DNA from: Lama glama
Lineage: Eukaryota
DNA length: 64,000 nt
Reading direction: 5' to 3'
NCBI GenBank assembly: GCA_028534125.1
Contig: CM052817.1
Location: 15,750,001 to 15,814,000, forward strand
The notes below the pieces were generated by a model. The model was given only the letters and a program-made list of their open reading frames with translations, did not search any database and had not been told where the DNA came from. A program made the translations under genes and the position numbers. Below are positions 51,886 through 64,000 of this stretch, one piece after another. Numbering within the stretch: the stretch's first letter is position 1; each line of letters begins with the position of its first letter.

Positions 51886-53708
51886 ATGCCCGTCATCTTG
51901 ATTACCCATGTTTGAATTTCATTCTTGGAACACGACCTACCGCCGACTTTTAGCTCTGGGCCAGCTTCCTCCCAAATACCCAGCATGCCTTGGGCTTCCT
52001 TCTTGCCCCATCCTGCTGATTTGGAAGCAGCTAATGAAGACAAAATTAAGTCCTACTTTAAGTGAGGTCTAATTAAGAAGGGAAATCTGCTAGAGTAACA
52101 TCTGGTAATGTATTCTGAAGCCAAATATAAATGACATTTTGGGATTATCCACTATTTTGGATTGTTTGTTCCACTAGACCCCACTGGGAGCTGACATAAA
52201 TAAATGAGAAAGTGAATTTTATGATAGACTTAGGGGTTCAAATAAGGAAGACAACTGATCATAGAAGGCTATTTCCTGAAGCACCATTGAAGGGCTATAC
52301 CTTGGTTTCATGCACAAAAAGGCAAAAAATGTTTGCATGTATCAAGTTTGGTTTCGATGAAAAAGTTTCATCCAAGATTTTCAAGAAGTTGAATTCAAAA
52401 TAAAGACAATTTTTTCCTCAAGTGAAATAGAAAACAGCAATTCAGATTAGACCTCTGATATAGAATTTGAGGTGTTTAGTTTTTTTTTAAACCACTTTAA
52501 TGAGGACAGACCGCTTCAGTAACTGTTTATTGTACATGTCTGCTCTGAGTGGTCTCAGTCTTTGCTGAAAAGGTTGTTGAATATTTTGAGTACCCACTTT
52601 CAAACAACTGTCTCTTTTCCCCTTTCTTCTCTTTGTCTCCTTGTATGATCTACAGTCTGCAGTGGGTTTTCCTTCTTGTCTTACACCCAGAAATGGGTAC
52701 TAACAGCCTGTCTGCCCACTGTCTCACACTCCAAACTGGGCAGAACCCCCACATGGCATTTCTTACAGGTTGCTAACTCCTACCTCATTCAATAGGAAGC
52801 ATCTCTAAAATAATCCACGAGCTTTTTGTTTAGCGTATGGAACAAAGGGCTTTGAAAATGAGATGGTCACATGAAGGCAGGAAAAAAAAAAAAGACTCAA
52901 GAAATCTCAAGCCTATGTGGCCAACAGAAAAACAGTCAGGACAATAAGGATCACTTGACGTCACATCACGTATTTCTTATAAAAAATACTTCCGCATCTA
53001 TTCATTTCTTACAAATGCCCTGAGAGTCAGCTTATTCCTCTGTTTTATTCCCAGGAGAGAGAAACTCAGCACATCAGGCACCACTATATTTGCCCTGTCA
53101 GATGCCAAAGCTGCCGGCTGCACTGACACAGTGGCTAGTAAAAAGAGCACAAAATTTAATTTCACTATCTAGGCAGCTCCCCATGGCCATAGAGGCTACT
53201 TAAAATATCGTGTATGTACATGTGTCTAGACCCAGCACACACCCCCAACACACACAAGTTTGCATCTCAGGGACACATATTTAAAGCAGAATCTGTGTAT
53301 AAGTGCACTGCAGTCTCTTGAGTGCTTTCTCCCATATTCAATTGTCATTGGCTATGAATGTGTATAATCAGTACAAGGAATCTTCCTCCAGTTAAGTATT
53401 CTAACTGAAGAAAGCAATGAACAAAAACTGAGGATAATTCTTGCAAAAATAAAATAAAATAAGAATCAAGCGGAAATAAATACAAGCAAAACTGAAGAAT
53501 TCCCTCTGTAGATATATTTACACCTGTGGGAGTCCATTTAATTCCCACTAATACTTACACTCCTATTTAAGCAGGCATAAAATGTAGGTTCCCATCTGTA
53601 CTTAGGCTCCTTTCTAACTTATTAGCTTATATCACACACTCATGAGTTAATAAGCATGTCCTGAACATATGGAGTTCATTATTCTGAAGAGGTCACATGA
53701 GCCAAAAG

Positions 53709-54551
53709 TGTAAATACAGAAGTTCAAGAGAAAGGCCTAAGAAACTCCTGGCTGATGCATTCAAAATGAGCTATTTTGGCGGGGGGGTTGGTGAGGGGAA
53801 GGGAGATGTTTCATGTCACAATACAAAGAGGAAGCAACTGGGTTGTGCAGTCAAAAACGAGGCTTAACAGACCTGAAAAGAGCCTGTAAGGCATTCCATT
53901 TGTCCTCGAGTTTAAACCAGGAGAGAACCTGGGCACGGTTTAAAAGACCACCAGACTGGAAATCTGGAGAAGTGCTCCTGGTGAGACAGGATGGGACCTG
54001 GGACCTGGGACTTGGGACCCTTTTGCTGCAGTGCTTGCACTTGGCCAAATGTCTCCTCGTCTCCCCATTCGAGCAACAAAATACAAAGAAACTATAAGGG
54101 ATACAAAGGAATATAAGGAGTACAAAGAAACTACATATATAAATATATATAAGTGTGTATATATATATATATACACACACACATAGAATACAAAGAAACT
54201 ATAAAATAACTGTGTACATGTGCAACAAGATACAAAAAGACCAGAATCCCAATTGCCACTTCTTTGGTGTCGGGAGAAAAAGCAGGGTACTTACTGTGCA
54301 TGATCCCTGCACACAGCACCACCAAGGGGGTGGCCGACCACATAAGCCACCCTCTGACCCAGCCCATGGATCTGCCCTACCCTCATGCCATTTAAGCGAC
54401 CCCTACTCAGGGAGCAAGTGAGGGCACCTGTTACTTGTTTTCGCATCCTGGGGCTGCAGCATGAGACCCAACAAAGCCTTGCCTGAATTTCTCATCTGGC
54501 CTCTTACCAAGTTCTGTTGATTAAGGAAACTAAGAACCTGGGTCGGTAACA
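53709..54551 (+). mobile_element. Solo ERV LTR
   Basis: Ends ...AAAGCCTTGCCTGAATTTCTCATCTGGCCTCTT...AAGAACCTGGGTCGGTAACA, a typical LTR U5 end; 5' TG start uncertain; no clear TSD. Confidence 0.65.
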
Positions 54552-55842
54552 CTAGTCCCATTTGTACCACTAGCTACAACTATGTGGCTTCTGGTGAAAC
54601 AACTCAATTCTGGCTGCCCTGCACATGCTAAAATGATAATTCTGTACACTCAAATGGCTTTCTTGTTTTCACACTTGCCACTTACCACCCCACCCCACCT
54701 CAATAGTCTACACAGAGGACAGTGATACTGATAAAACCTAAGTCTTATCCTGCCCCAATTTTGACCAAGCCCTCCATGATTTTCCATGTCTCCAAGAGTA
54801 AGAGTCAAAATTCTAAGAGTGACCTACTAGCTTAGGGTCACCACATAATTTATTATACAAGAACACTTTTGAGAATGAGAGTGGGTACTATAAATAATCA
54901 GCCACTGGGGGGTTAACCCAGACTATTGCAGGCTAACTGAGATGCATGGTCGGTTGTCCTATGTTAGACTACATCTTCTGATGCTCTTATTCATCAGGCT
55001 GAATCCTTTCCAAACACACTGACCTCCTTACTAGACCACAAAAATGCCAGGCATTCCCCTGCCTCAAGGCTTTGCACCTGCCATTCTCCCCTTACCAGAA
55101 GGCTCTTCTACCAGATGGACACATGGTTTGCCTCCTTTATCCCCTCGTTTACTCAAATGTCACCTTCTCGGTGAGACCCTCCCACTACTCCAGACACAAT
55201 CTATCCACCTTCCTGGTTTACTTTTCCCTTTGACACTTACTTCTATAACTCAATATATTTTACTGACTATTCTTGTTCAATAAAACATTAGTACTGCAAG
55301 GTCTATCTGATCACGATTAAGACGTGGCACATAGTAGCTGCTTAGTAAAAATTAATGAGTAATAACTAAAAACATCCAACCAGTTCTAAGAATATAAGGT
55401 GACTCTTCACCTTCCTTTTGTTGTTGCCGTGGTTGTATCCTCTATAATTTCCATCTCTTCCCACCCCTAGTAGATTTGTCTTATTGATAATGTTTATCTT
55501 AGGCTATGATTTAAAATTAGTTTCCATTCATTTCTCACACAGCTTTTGTAAATCCATCTCTTGTAAAGGAAAGGGTTGAGATGGGTCTTGTAAATGTAGA
55601 AATTTAGTCTCACCAATTCTGGTGTTTGGAAGGATACTGGAATGCATTATTAAGCAGCTAATTTGCAAATATCTCAGAAAAGCCACAAGAAAATCATGCC
55701 AGACCGACTATCTCTCCATGCAGGAACATCAGGCTCACTAACCAAGAGAAAACAATTGATATAATCTATCTGAACTAGAATGAGCTTTTTTATTCCCTAC
55801 CTTATACTCATCTACAAGCTGGGAATATGAGTTAGTCTTAGC

Positions 55843-56615
55843 CAGGGGGGTTTCAAACTGCATTCCATGGGAACCCCAGACATCAGTACAGTTACTACAA
55901 GGATTGATTATAAATATTGTAGTATATATTTTATTTAATTGAATTCATATACAAATATAACTAACTTGCTTTTAGAAAGCAATTTGCACATTCAATTGTG
56001 TTATTTATCTTATCATAAAGACAGCAGAGACCAACATGGCCTTAACCTGCCAAGTTGAATCATTTGGTGTCGGTCTCAAGATTTTAAAATATCTTGAGAT
56101 GCGAATGTGAGCAGTTTACAACCTGGAGCCATTGACAAATACTCCGTTCTCTGAAGCAGGATTTTCTCAATCCTCTTCAATCAAAACAAAGTGCCAAGTA
56201 ATCAGTTGCTAAGATCCATATAAGATACCAAGCATTACCTTAAACCTCAACTTCACTTGTTTCTTCATTTAAATGATGTCAAAAATATTATAGCACATGA
56301 ATGTTATTTTGATTTAAAAATAGTTAACAGCAGCTGACCTTTACTGAGCACTTCCCATGTGCCTGGCGCTGAGTTAATTTCTTTATGTATATTATTTCAT
56401 TTAAACTACCATTAACCCTATTATAAGCCCCAAACTTATGGGGCTAATGAGAAGCAGAGTTATGTCCGATATATCAGAGTTTTATCAGATATATCTGATA
56501 AAAACTTGTTCTCACTCCCTTTCTTTATATATTGGAATTTTATGGAAAATGAGACTGGGCATGGGCTAGTCTACCTGGATTCACACGAGGGGATACAAAA
56601 TGAGTTGAAAAGACG
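55843..56615 (+). mobile_element. Charlie-type hAT transposon remnant with a MIR fragment inside
   Basis: Starts CAGGGGGGTTTCAAACTG; 56129-56191 translates PLTNTPFSEAGFSQSSSIKTK, like the hAT C-terminal dimerisation motif. Confidence 0.55.
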
Positions 56616-56999
56616 TATCAGTTAATTATCAACAGGTAAAAACTGAGGTGGAGAAAAGCAGTTACATCCCTTGAAGCAGAGCTGGGCTTCCATGTGGAAA
56701 GAGGAGGTTTCTCTGAGATTGCTTCTGACTTTACTGCAGGCCCAGTGTCACGGGCTGTCTCTAGTCCTACTGGGGGTGATTTGCTCTTCTCTTAGAATGA
56801 GCTTCTCACCTTCCTTAATTTTTTCATAGCTCTGATTCCTCCTTCAAAGCCGACTGTTAGTGCTCCCTCTTTCATGAGTTTTTCAACAAATCCAGCTCAT
56901 ACTGGTATCTTCAAGCTTTTATAGGAATAACCTGGATCCCTGGATAGAAATATGGATCTCTGGGTCCCACCACATACCACTAAATCAAAACGTTTAAAT

Positions 57000-57215
57000 C
57001 AGGATTTCTCAGCTTCGGCACTGTTGACATATTGGGCCAGACAATTCTTTGCACTAGGAGGGCTGTCCTGTGCCTTGTAGGGTATTTCATAGCTTCCCTG
57101 ACGGCTTCCCAGTAGATGCCAGTAGCACCTCTCCAATTATGGCAACCGAAATTATCTCCAAATACTGCCAAAATATTTGCCGGGAAGCCAAAGTGCCCCC
57201 AGTCGAGAACAATTT
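57000..57215 (+). mobile_element. MER20 hAT element nested in a MER5-like element (~56925-57290)
   Basis: TTTCTCAGCTTCGGCACTGTTGACATATTGGGCCAGACAATTCTTTG...GGCTGTCCTGTGCCTTGTAGG...TAGATGCCAGTAGCACC. Confidence 0.85.
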
Positions 57216-57784
57216 CCCTGGAGGATCAGTTCAGGATTATGCAGTTTGGATAAGCACCCCGAGTGATTCTTATCATCATGCAAGTTTGGATAAGTTGCTG
57301 TTTTGTGCCTGTTAAGAAATGTATACGTCAAGTTAGAACTGACGATTCCACGTTATCACCTCTAACACATGCAGTTCTAACCGAGCTTAATAGTTATTAA
57401 CAAAATATTTTTAATTTATTCTATATGAATTATTTCCAGTACCCTACATGAATGTGCCTAAACGTTTTACAGTGTGTGCTTCAATGCTGATTACAGCTTA
57501 TCGGTTATTTACTCCCTGAATTTTTTTTTTTTGATTAGTCCTATGGCATTTTACTCTTTTAATTGCCAATCATTCTCCTCTTTCTTCAGCATTTTCTGAC
57601 CATCATCATTATCATCAAGTTCATTTTCATTTTGTAGTGTATTTGATTACATAGGCTATATGCCAAAGGATTCTTGAGGATTTTGTTCTATATACTTTCA
57701 TAGAGTTCTTAAACATTTCTAGACTTCTTAAGATTTTTTGAAAGATCAAAAGCGCATAAAAGCCTCATAAGATTTTCATGTTCT

Positions 57785-58050
57785 TAGGAAAGAGGCAGTG
57801 AGGCAAAATACAGATTCTGAAGTTAGCTGCCTGAGTTTGGATCCTGAATTCATTCTTACAAGGTGTATGATGTTCAGTAAGTGACTTAACCTCTCTGGGT
57901 CTCAGAGTTCGTGTGTAGTGTGTTATAATAATAAGACTTACCTTGTAGGGCTATTTTGAGACTTTGCGATGCTAATCCCTGCATATCACATAGAACACTG
58001 CCTTGTACACAGTAAGGACCTAGGTTTGCTGTTATTAATGTTACCATTAT
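57785..58050 (+). mobile_element. MIR
   Basis: GCTGCCTGAGTTTGGATCCTG...AAGTGACTTAACCTCTCTGGGTCTCAG...ACACTGCCTTGTACACAGTAAG. Confidence 0.7.
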
Positions 58051-58616
58051 TATTGCCCTCATTGAGTTCACAATAAGTGAGACAAAATCTAAATTTGTTG
58101 AAAAAATAATATAGAGGCAACATTTAAAGTAGACTTTGACGTAGGGATAGGACATAAGCAAATGAAGAGGAAAGAGAAGAACATTCTACACAATAAACCA
58201 ACACAGTATAGAGATTTTAAATGTGGCATCAAAACTATTAAATACATGAATGCTCAGAAATCCTTACAATTTACATAACAACCATGGTCTACCTGTCACT
58301 TGTTAAGACTGAATATGTCTGAATTAAAAGGCATGGTTTGACATAATCGCTGGATGCTTGTGCATTTATTACATGAAGTAATCACTTGAATTCCAGAGCA
58401 AGCTAAGCTGATCTATACTGTACACAACCTCCACCCATGCACACGTGCAGACCTACACCACATTTATGTGCTTGGTTATAAATATATGTACTTTATTACT
58501 TACACGTATGTATTGAGTGACTACCACATGCTATACTCTGTTTTTTTCTAAAAACCTACATTTTAGCTTGGTGGAGAGAGGATGGCAGATAATAAACAAA
58601 TGTAGCCCTTCCAAAG

Positions 58617-58990
58617 ATATATATGTGTATATAGAGAGAGTATATACATACATCTATGTGTATATATGTGTGTGTGTATATATATATATAAACATATAAG
58701 GAACATATGATACAAATTCTATATAAAGAACATAGAGTATTATATTCATATATACACACAGAGAGATAATATATGTATATATATAGAGAGAGAGAATGCA
58801 TTTGGCTTATTTGTATATTTTATAAAATAGACATATACACAGAGAGAGACAATATGTTTGGAACAGACAGGTAAAGAATGGAGTAAATACATATTTTTGA
58901 TAGTGTAAATACATATATATTTGATAGTATGTATATTTTACTTGCATACACATGTAAATATGTATGTATATGAGAGAGAAGTTGAGAGAG
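58617..58990. repeat. Compound TA/TG/GA low-complexity region
   Basis: Multiple interrupted dinucleotide runs. Confidence 0.8.
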
Positions 58991-61900
58991 CATTTGAAAC
59001 AGCAAGACATAATAGCTGAGAAAGAAATGTTCTAGGCAAAGAACAGAGTAAGTACAAAGGTCCTGACGTGAGAGCACTTGCCATGAGTAAGACATTAATT
59101 TTCTTTCACAGTTTGCATATTGGTAGAAGAGGGAGGGAGGTAACATTGAAAATATTTAATAAACATTACACATGAGCATTGATCAATTAGAATTACAGCA
59201 CCAGGAATTCAGAAAGGAGGCCACTCTAAGTTTCATTGTGGCGAATTAGCAGATTACATTAGCCCTGGGTATAAGCCATGTTCTTTAGACTGACTCTGTA
59301 AAACACCTAGAATCACCTTCCATTAAAGCTAATACATCCTCTGGAAGACAGCACGCTCTCTGCCCAAAAGAAGTGCTTAGAAGGCACCACGACAGCAGCC
59401 AATGCTCTTTGTTCCTCAGGACTTAGCACCACGAGCTGTGTGTGCAAACGGTGCAGCTGCAGAAGCCTGGCACCTGGGTCTTTATGGTATATTAAGGTTG
59501 GGGACATCAAGTTGTGGGCTATGTCAAATGATCTGATTACTGCAATATTCTGGTAATAGCACTAAAATGAGAGAAAATTGTCTCAGGGTGGTTAGAGGCT
59601 AATCAGAGGCAAGGCTGTCCTCTCTGTGGGGCCATCTAGGGTGAAGGAAATCCAAGAGTGCTTCTGACAATCCCCCGTGCCCACCCCCAAGAGAATAGGA
59701 ACCATTTCGAGCCTGGAGCTGGGCCTTAGACTCCATAAGCATCTTTCCTTTTCCATTCAAGTGTTCCGTTGCAGAGTAGTGAGTTGTCAGTAAATACTTG
59801 CCGAATAAATACAGCCTGAGAAGTTCATCTTTTCGGTGACTTTGAAGGTAAGTATTCCATGTGAGTTTGTGTTTCCAAAGCGTCTGAGGAAGTCTGCAGT
59901 CTCCTAGGATTTAGAGACTGAGCTTCTTTTAATGCCAGACTGAGTACCACGCTCCTGAAAAATCTTTAAATACTTTATACTGAATTCTTTCTAGAAACAG
60001 AATCATTCATGACTGTCAGTGATTTATACACATACGTGGTGAGCGTGCACAGGAGGGCAGCCTAGTTCATCCTGTTAGACAAAGTGGCTAATGACACCAA
60101 AGGGAACGTTTTCAAAAGTGAACTTGATAACTGGATTTTTAAAAGTGTATGTGCCTTTAACAACATGGGAAATGACAGGAGAAGTACAAACCAAATGGAT
60201 AAAAATTGTAGAGTTACAGAACAAAGAAAGAAGAAGACAAGTCATTTAATGATAGTCTCATATAACGGTAGAACGTAGTGACAGAAATACCAGACAGTAG
60301 GAGCTAAAAAGAGTCAACCCATTCAACTGCAGGATTGGAGCTGGGAAGACTGACCCCCTCAAAGGGTTAAACAGACTTCAAGGTCAATCAGTGGCTGATC
60401 TAAATCTGTATTTGTCTGGGGCCTATGGTTTCCTTACTTTTTCTACCATGCTATGTTGCTCAAAGGAAGTAAAAGTGAAGAATTTTTTCATACCCTTGCT
60501 GTTTTATTCTTCAGCCCTCAATTGTTTACAGTGTTGCACATGGAAAGTTCCCAGTACAGTCCGCTATAGAAACACTGGATTGTAATTAAGTTCCATGTCT
60601 ATGCTTTTCAATAGATCACAAGCTTCTTGGAAACAGGAATCATGAGGTGTGCATCAAACTGCATGTCAAAAAATGTTAATAAGTATCTGTTGAGTATCTA
60701 CTATACGCCAGGCATTCTTGACACTGGGGATATGAACAAACTAATTCAAAATGAACAAAATAGTTAAATGTCCCTGCCCTCACAGAGCTTATTCTAGCAA
60801 AAGGACAGATGCTGAACAAAATAAATTGCTGTACATGAAATAAACCATTGCGAGGAATAAATGAATAGATGAAGCAATAAGAATTCCACTTTTCTTAAAG
60901 GAAAGCCAAATACTTTTTTAAAAATCAGATTTATTTACAAAATAGGGCACAACTATTTTTCTTAGAACAGATTTCCTTCTAGAATAATGTAGAAACACTT
61001 AAATCCCTAAAACTGTTGAAAATATAATTCTTACTGTAAAGCTTTCTGTACTTGGGTTCCTGTTCTCACTTTGATTTCCCACTCGGACTAGGGGCTGAAA
61101 GCTTTGACCGCTGAACCCCTGGGTTAGTTCCTGTTGGTATCTTTCCCCAGTGCTGGACCCTTCTGCAGTACTCGTAAGTCCAATGAATAGACTCTTTGGC
61201 ACATGGCAGGGACAGCCACCAGCCAAGAGCCCCATCGCTATAACTGATGTCATCATATTGGATCCCTTCTTTAAAAACATCATGTTGGAGTGGCCTCTGA
61301 CCACAGGCGGGCAGGCCATGAGAGCTTGGGCTTAAAGTAAAGAGATCTCCAGGAGAACCCACACAGTGACACACTTCAACCAAGAAAATGATGATATTGA
61401 TGTATATTGTTGAAATGGAACATACCCCTTAAATACTATTAAACCAATAAAGTTAGCAAACAGCATTTGTTCAGCCCGTGATCTATGCCTGTACACTGGG
61501 AAACATCTAAAACACCAGACACCAAAAAACTGCAAGGAAGTATTAAATTACTTCAGATGACTTTCATTCAATTTGTCTTTTTTTCTAATCTTTCCGTAAT
61601 GAGTATTTTTTTGTATTTATAAAACAAAAATATAAAAATACAAAGCATGTGTAGTAATGCAATAAAAGTGACAAGAGGGAAAGCTTAAGTGTGATTAAAT
61701 AATTAATGAAGAACAGTCCAGCTCTATTCAGCTTTGTGGCTCTGGCTTAGAATCTGCCTTCCTTGGACCTTAATTTTCTCCGCATTTCTGTAAAAGGGCA
61801 GCAGAAAAATACACCCTGGCTATCCCCTAACCCCGAGCATTATTGAAAGTGGAAACAACATAATGCCTTTGTGTTTCAAGGAAGAGTTAAGAAGCAATAC

Positions 61901-64000
61901 GTAGCAAGTGTAGTGCTAAAGGTACACACACGTCCAAAAAAATCATTCAAACTCTACATACTGAATTTGCACCATACTTCCATAGTTGACTCCTTTACTT
62001 AAATTTAGTTTTCCATCACAATATTAAGTGGACTGTAGCAACTTGTGTAAGAACAATGGCAGAACTGGCTGAACTAGGACAAAAATATCATTTAAAAAAA
62101 TAAAGTACCTTAGAGTCATAGCGAATACAAACAGGGGACATACAGAAAAAGAAAAGCCCATTGTGATGGGAGAGCCTATAGCAAAGCCATGGAAGAGGAT
62201 GAGAAACCATGGGGGCACCCGCTCCCTGGAGCCCTGGTTGCCCCAGCCGACATCAATGGTTGTAGACAAACTTTCCAGTTCTGTTTGTTGAGATGATGTC
62301 AGGCAGCTGTAATCTGTTCAGAGGTGAAAAATCTGGTGCTATCAGCTATGGGTGGCCCTGGAGTAAATCCTTTCACCTCTGGGCACAAAATGAAAACATA
62401 CGGCTTTAGCAGTTGACAGCAGAATCGTTCTGTGCCATTACAGCACCAGTCGCTGTTCAATTTGTCCCTGGAAGCACATTCAGTGGTTCAATATTCCTGA
62501 AACATTAACCCCGGTTCCCTCATTTTGCTTCTGTTCCTATTGATATCATGTCCACTGTGAATATTTCCAAAGGAACAGTCAAAATCGTACGGGGATCAGA
62601 GGGATGGGGTGCAAGCTCTAATAATGCCACAGACTAGCCTATATCCTCAGAGAAGGCATTTGGGCCCAGTGACCTCAGTGATCTCAACTGTAAGTAGAGA
62701 CAGCTGCTTCACCACCTGGAGGTAAGGATTAAATGAGATAGTGGCAAAAAGAGCACCAGGAAACACTGTGCAAGGATTTCACACTATTTCTCTAACGATG
62801 TCCCTTTAAAAAAAATCATTTCAAAATGTTACCCTGTCAAGAAAAGAGCAAAACTTGAGAGAATCTCCTGAGAAACCCTATATAATGAGAACTTAATTTA
62901 TCACTAAGCCATTTCACAATCTGCCCCTGATTAAATAGCCTTTCTATGTACGCGATAAATTGGGTTTAGTAACTGATAAAACCTTATAGGAATTGCCTTC
63001 AACTTGGAAGAGCTGAACTAAGACAAAAAATATCATTTAAAAAATCAAGTCCCATTGAGTCATTGGAAATATAAACAGCAGATATTCAGGAAAAGAAAAG
63101 GATATTGGGTTTGAAAATGATAAAAGGCAGAAATAATTGATTCATCTTATCTAAAAATAAGACTAGGTAAAAAATCGTCTTCAGTAAATACAGCAGGTAT
63201 TTTATTTTAATTTTTTAAAATATCTTTTAAAAAAGGAAAAAAGTTCTCAATACATAATTAAGTTTTTTTGAACTCCATGGCCATGTTTTATGTGGCTTTA
63301 TTCATTCATTTCTCCTTTTATTCATTTGTATTGAGAAAATAGTTTTGGGATGGCAAGTGTCTCAGGCACACAGCAGTGGTTCTAACAGACACAGACCTGT
63401 TCTGGTGGTGTTTCCAGCAACGCAGCTGCCCAGCAGTCATCGGTACAGAATCTAACATAATTATTTAAACAATAAACGAAGGGGGAAAAATGGACTAAAA
63501 AATGAACATATGGAGAAAAAGAAAATTGAAAATCAGAGAAAAGGGAATTAGAAGGAGAATGGGATAATCCATAACTTCAACATCACTTTTAGTTAGAAAT
63601 GAAACACTCCTCCCGTATGATACTCTTCGTCTGGGCTGTGGGCTTCAGAAAAATAATCAGTGAATTAAAGTCAGTCACTATGCATGACTCTTCAATTGCT
63701 CCTTATTCTTAAACGTTGTCAAGATTTCCTTTGGGAGCAACCGCTAAGATAAAACATTAGAGGAGAAACAAGATTTTTCTTTGGGTTTCTGTGACAGTGA
63801 TCAAGGTATTATTGCCATAAAGGCCAAATAAAATCAAAACACAATCTACCAGGGAACTGAAAAGTAAACTCTTGTTTTAGTAGAAACTGTCCATTTCTGT
63901 AAAGTACAGCATGACAGCAAGATATGGCTTTCTTTCTAGTAGATAACACAATGGCTGCATGCTTTTTAATGATTACGACTTTAATCTTGAAAAAAAAAAA

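Noticed and set aside
1..64000. Prokaryote-type systems (CRISPR arrays, operons) or a second nested protein-coding gene
   Set aside because: No repeat-spacer arrays and no non-repeat ORF with recognisable protein features other than the PPARGC1A exons.

Overview
Mammalian genomic DNA containing the 3' part of PPARGC1A (PGC-1alpha) on the minus strand: coding exons 3-13, the ~3.9 kb 3' UTR with a distal poly(A) signal near 2110, and ~17 kb of intron 2 (exons 1-2 lie beyond the right edge). All 11 exons have GT-AG boundaries and the lengths I recall for the human gene (195,123,205,46,74,916,105,121,122,152,104), with a continuous frame. tRNA-derived SINEs resembling Vic-1 suggest a camelid. Introns hold a ~4.75 kb decayed L1 nested in an L2, short L1 3' ends, MIR/L2, hAT DNA transposons and a solo LTR. 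Sequence for the truncating isoforms NT-PGC-1alpha, exon 8a and exon-3 extension is intact. The most notable observation is an Arg->Pro change (human numbering R568P) at the -3 position of the Akt site Ser571, within a GC-enriched and diverged exon 8-9 RS region. I found no wholly new biological system. Most ORFs in the track are spurious. Human comparisons and numbering come from memory and were checked only for internal consistency (S482, S539, T612, M128 fall where expected).
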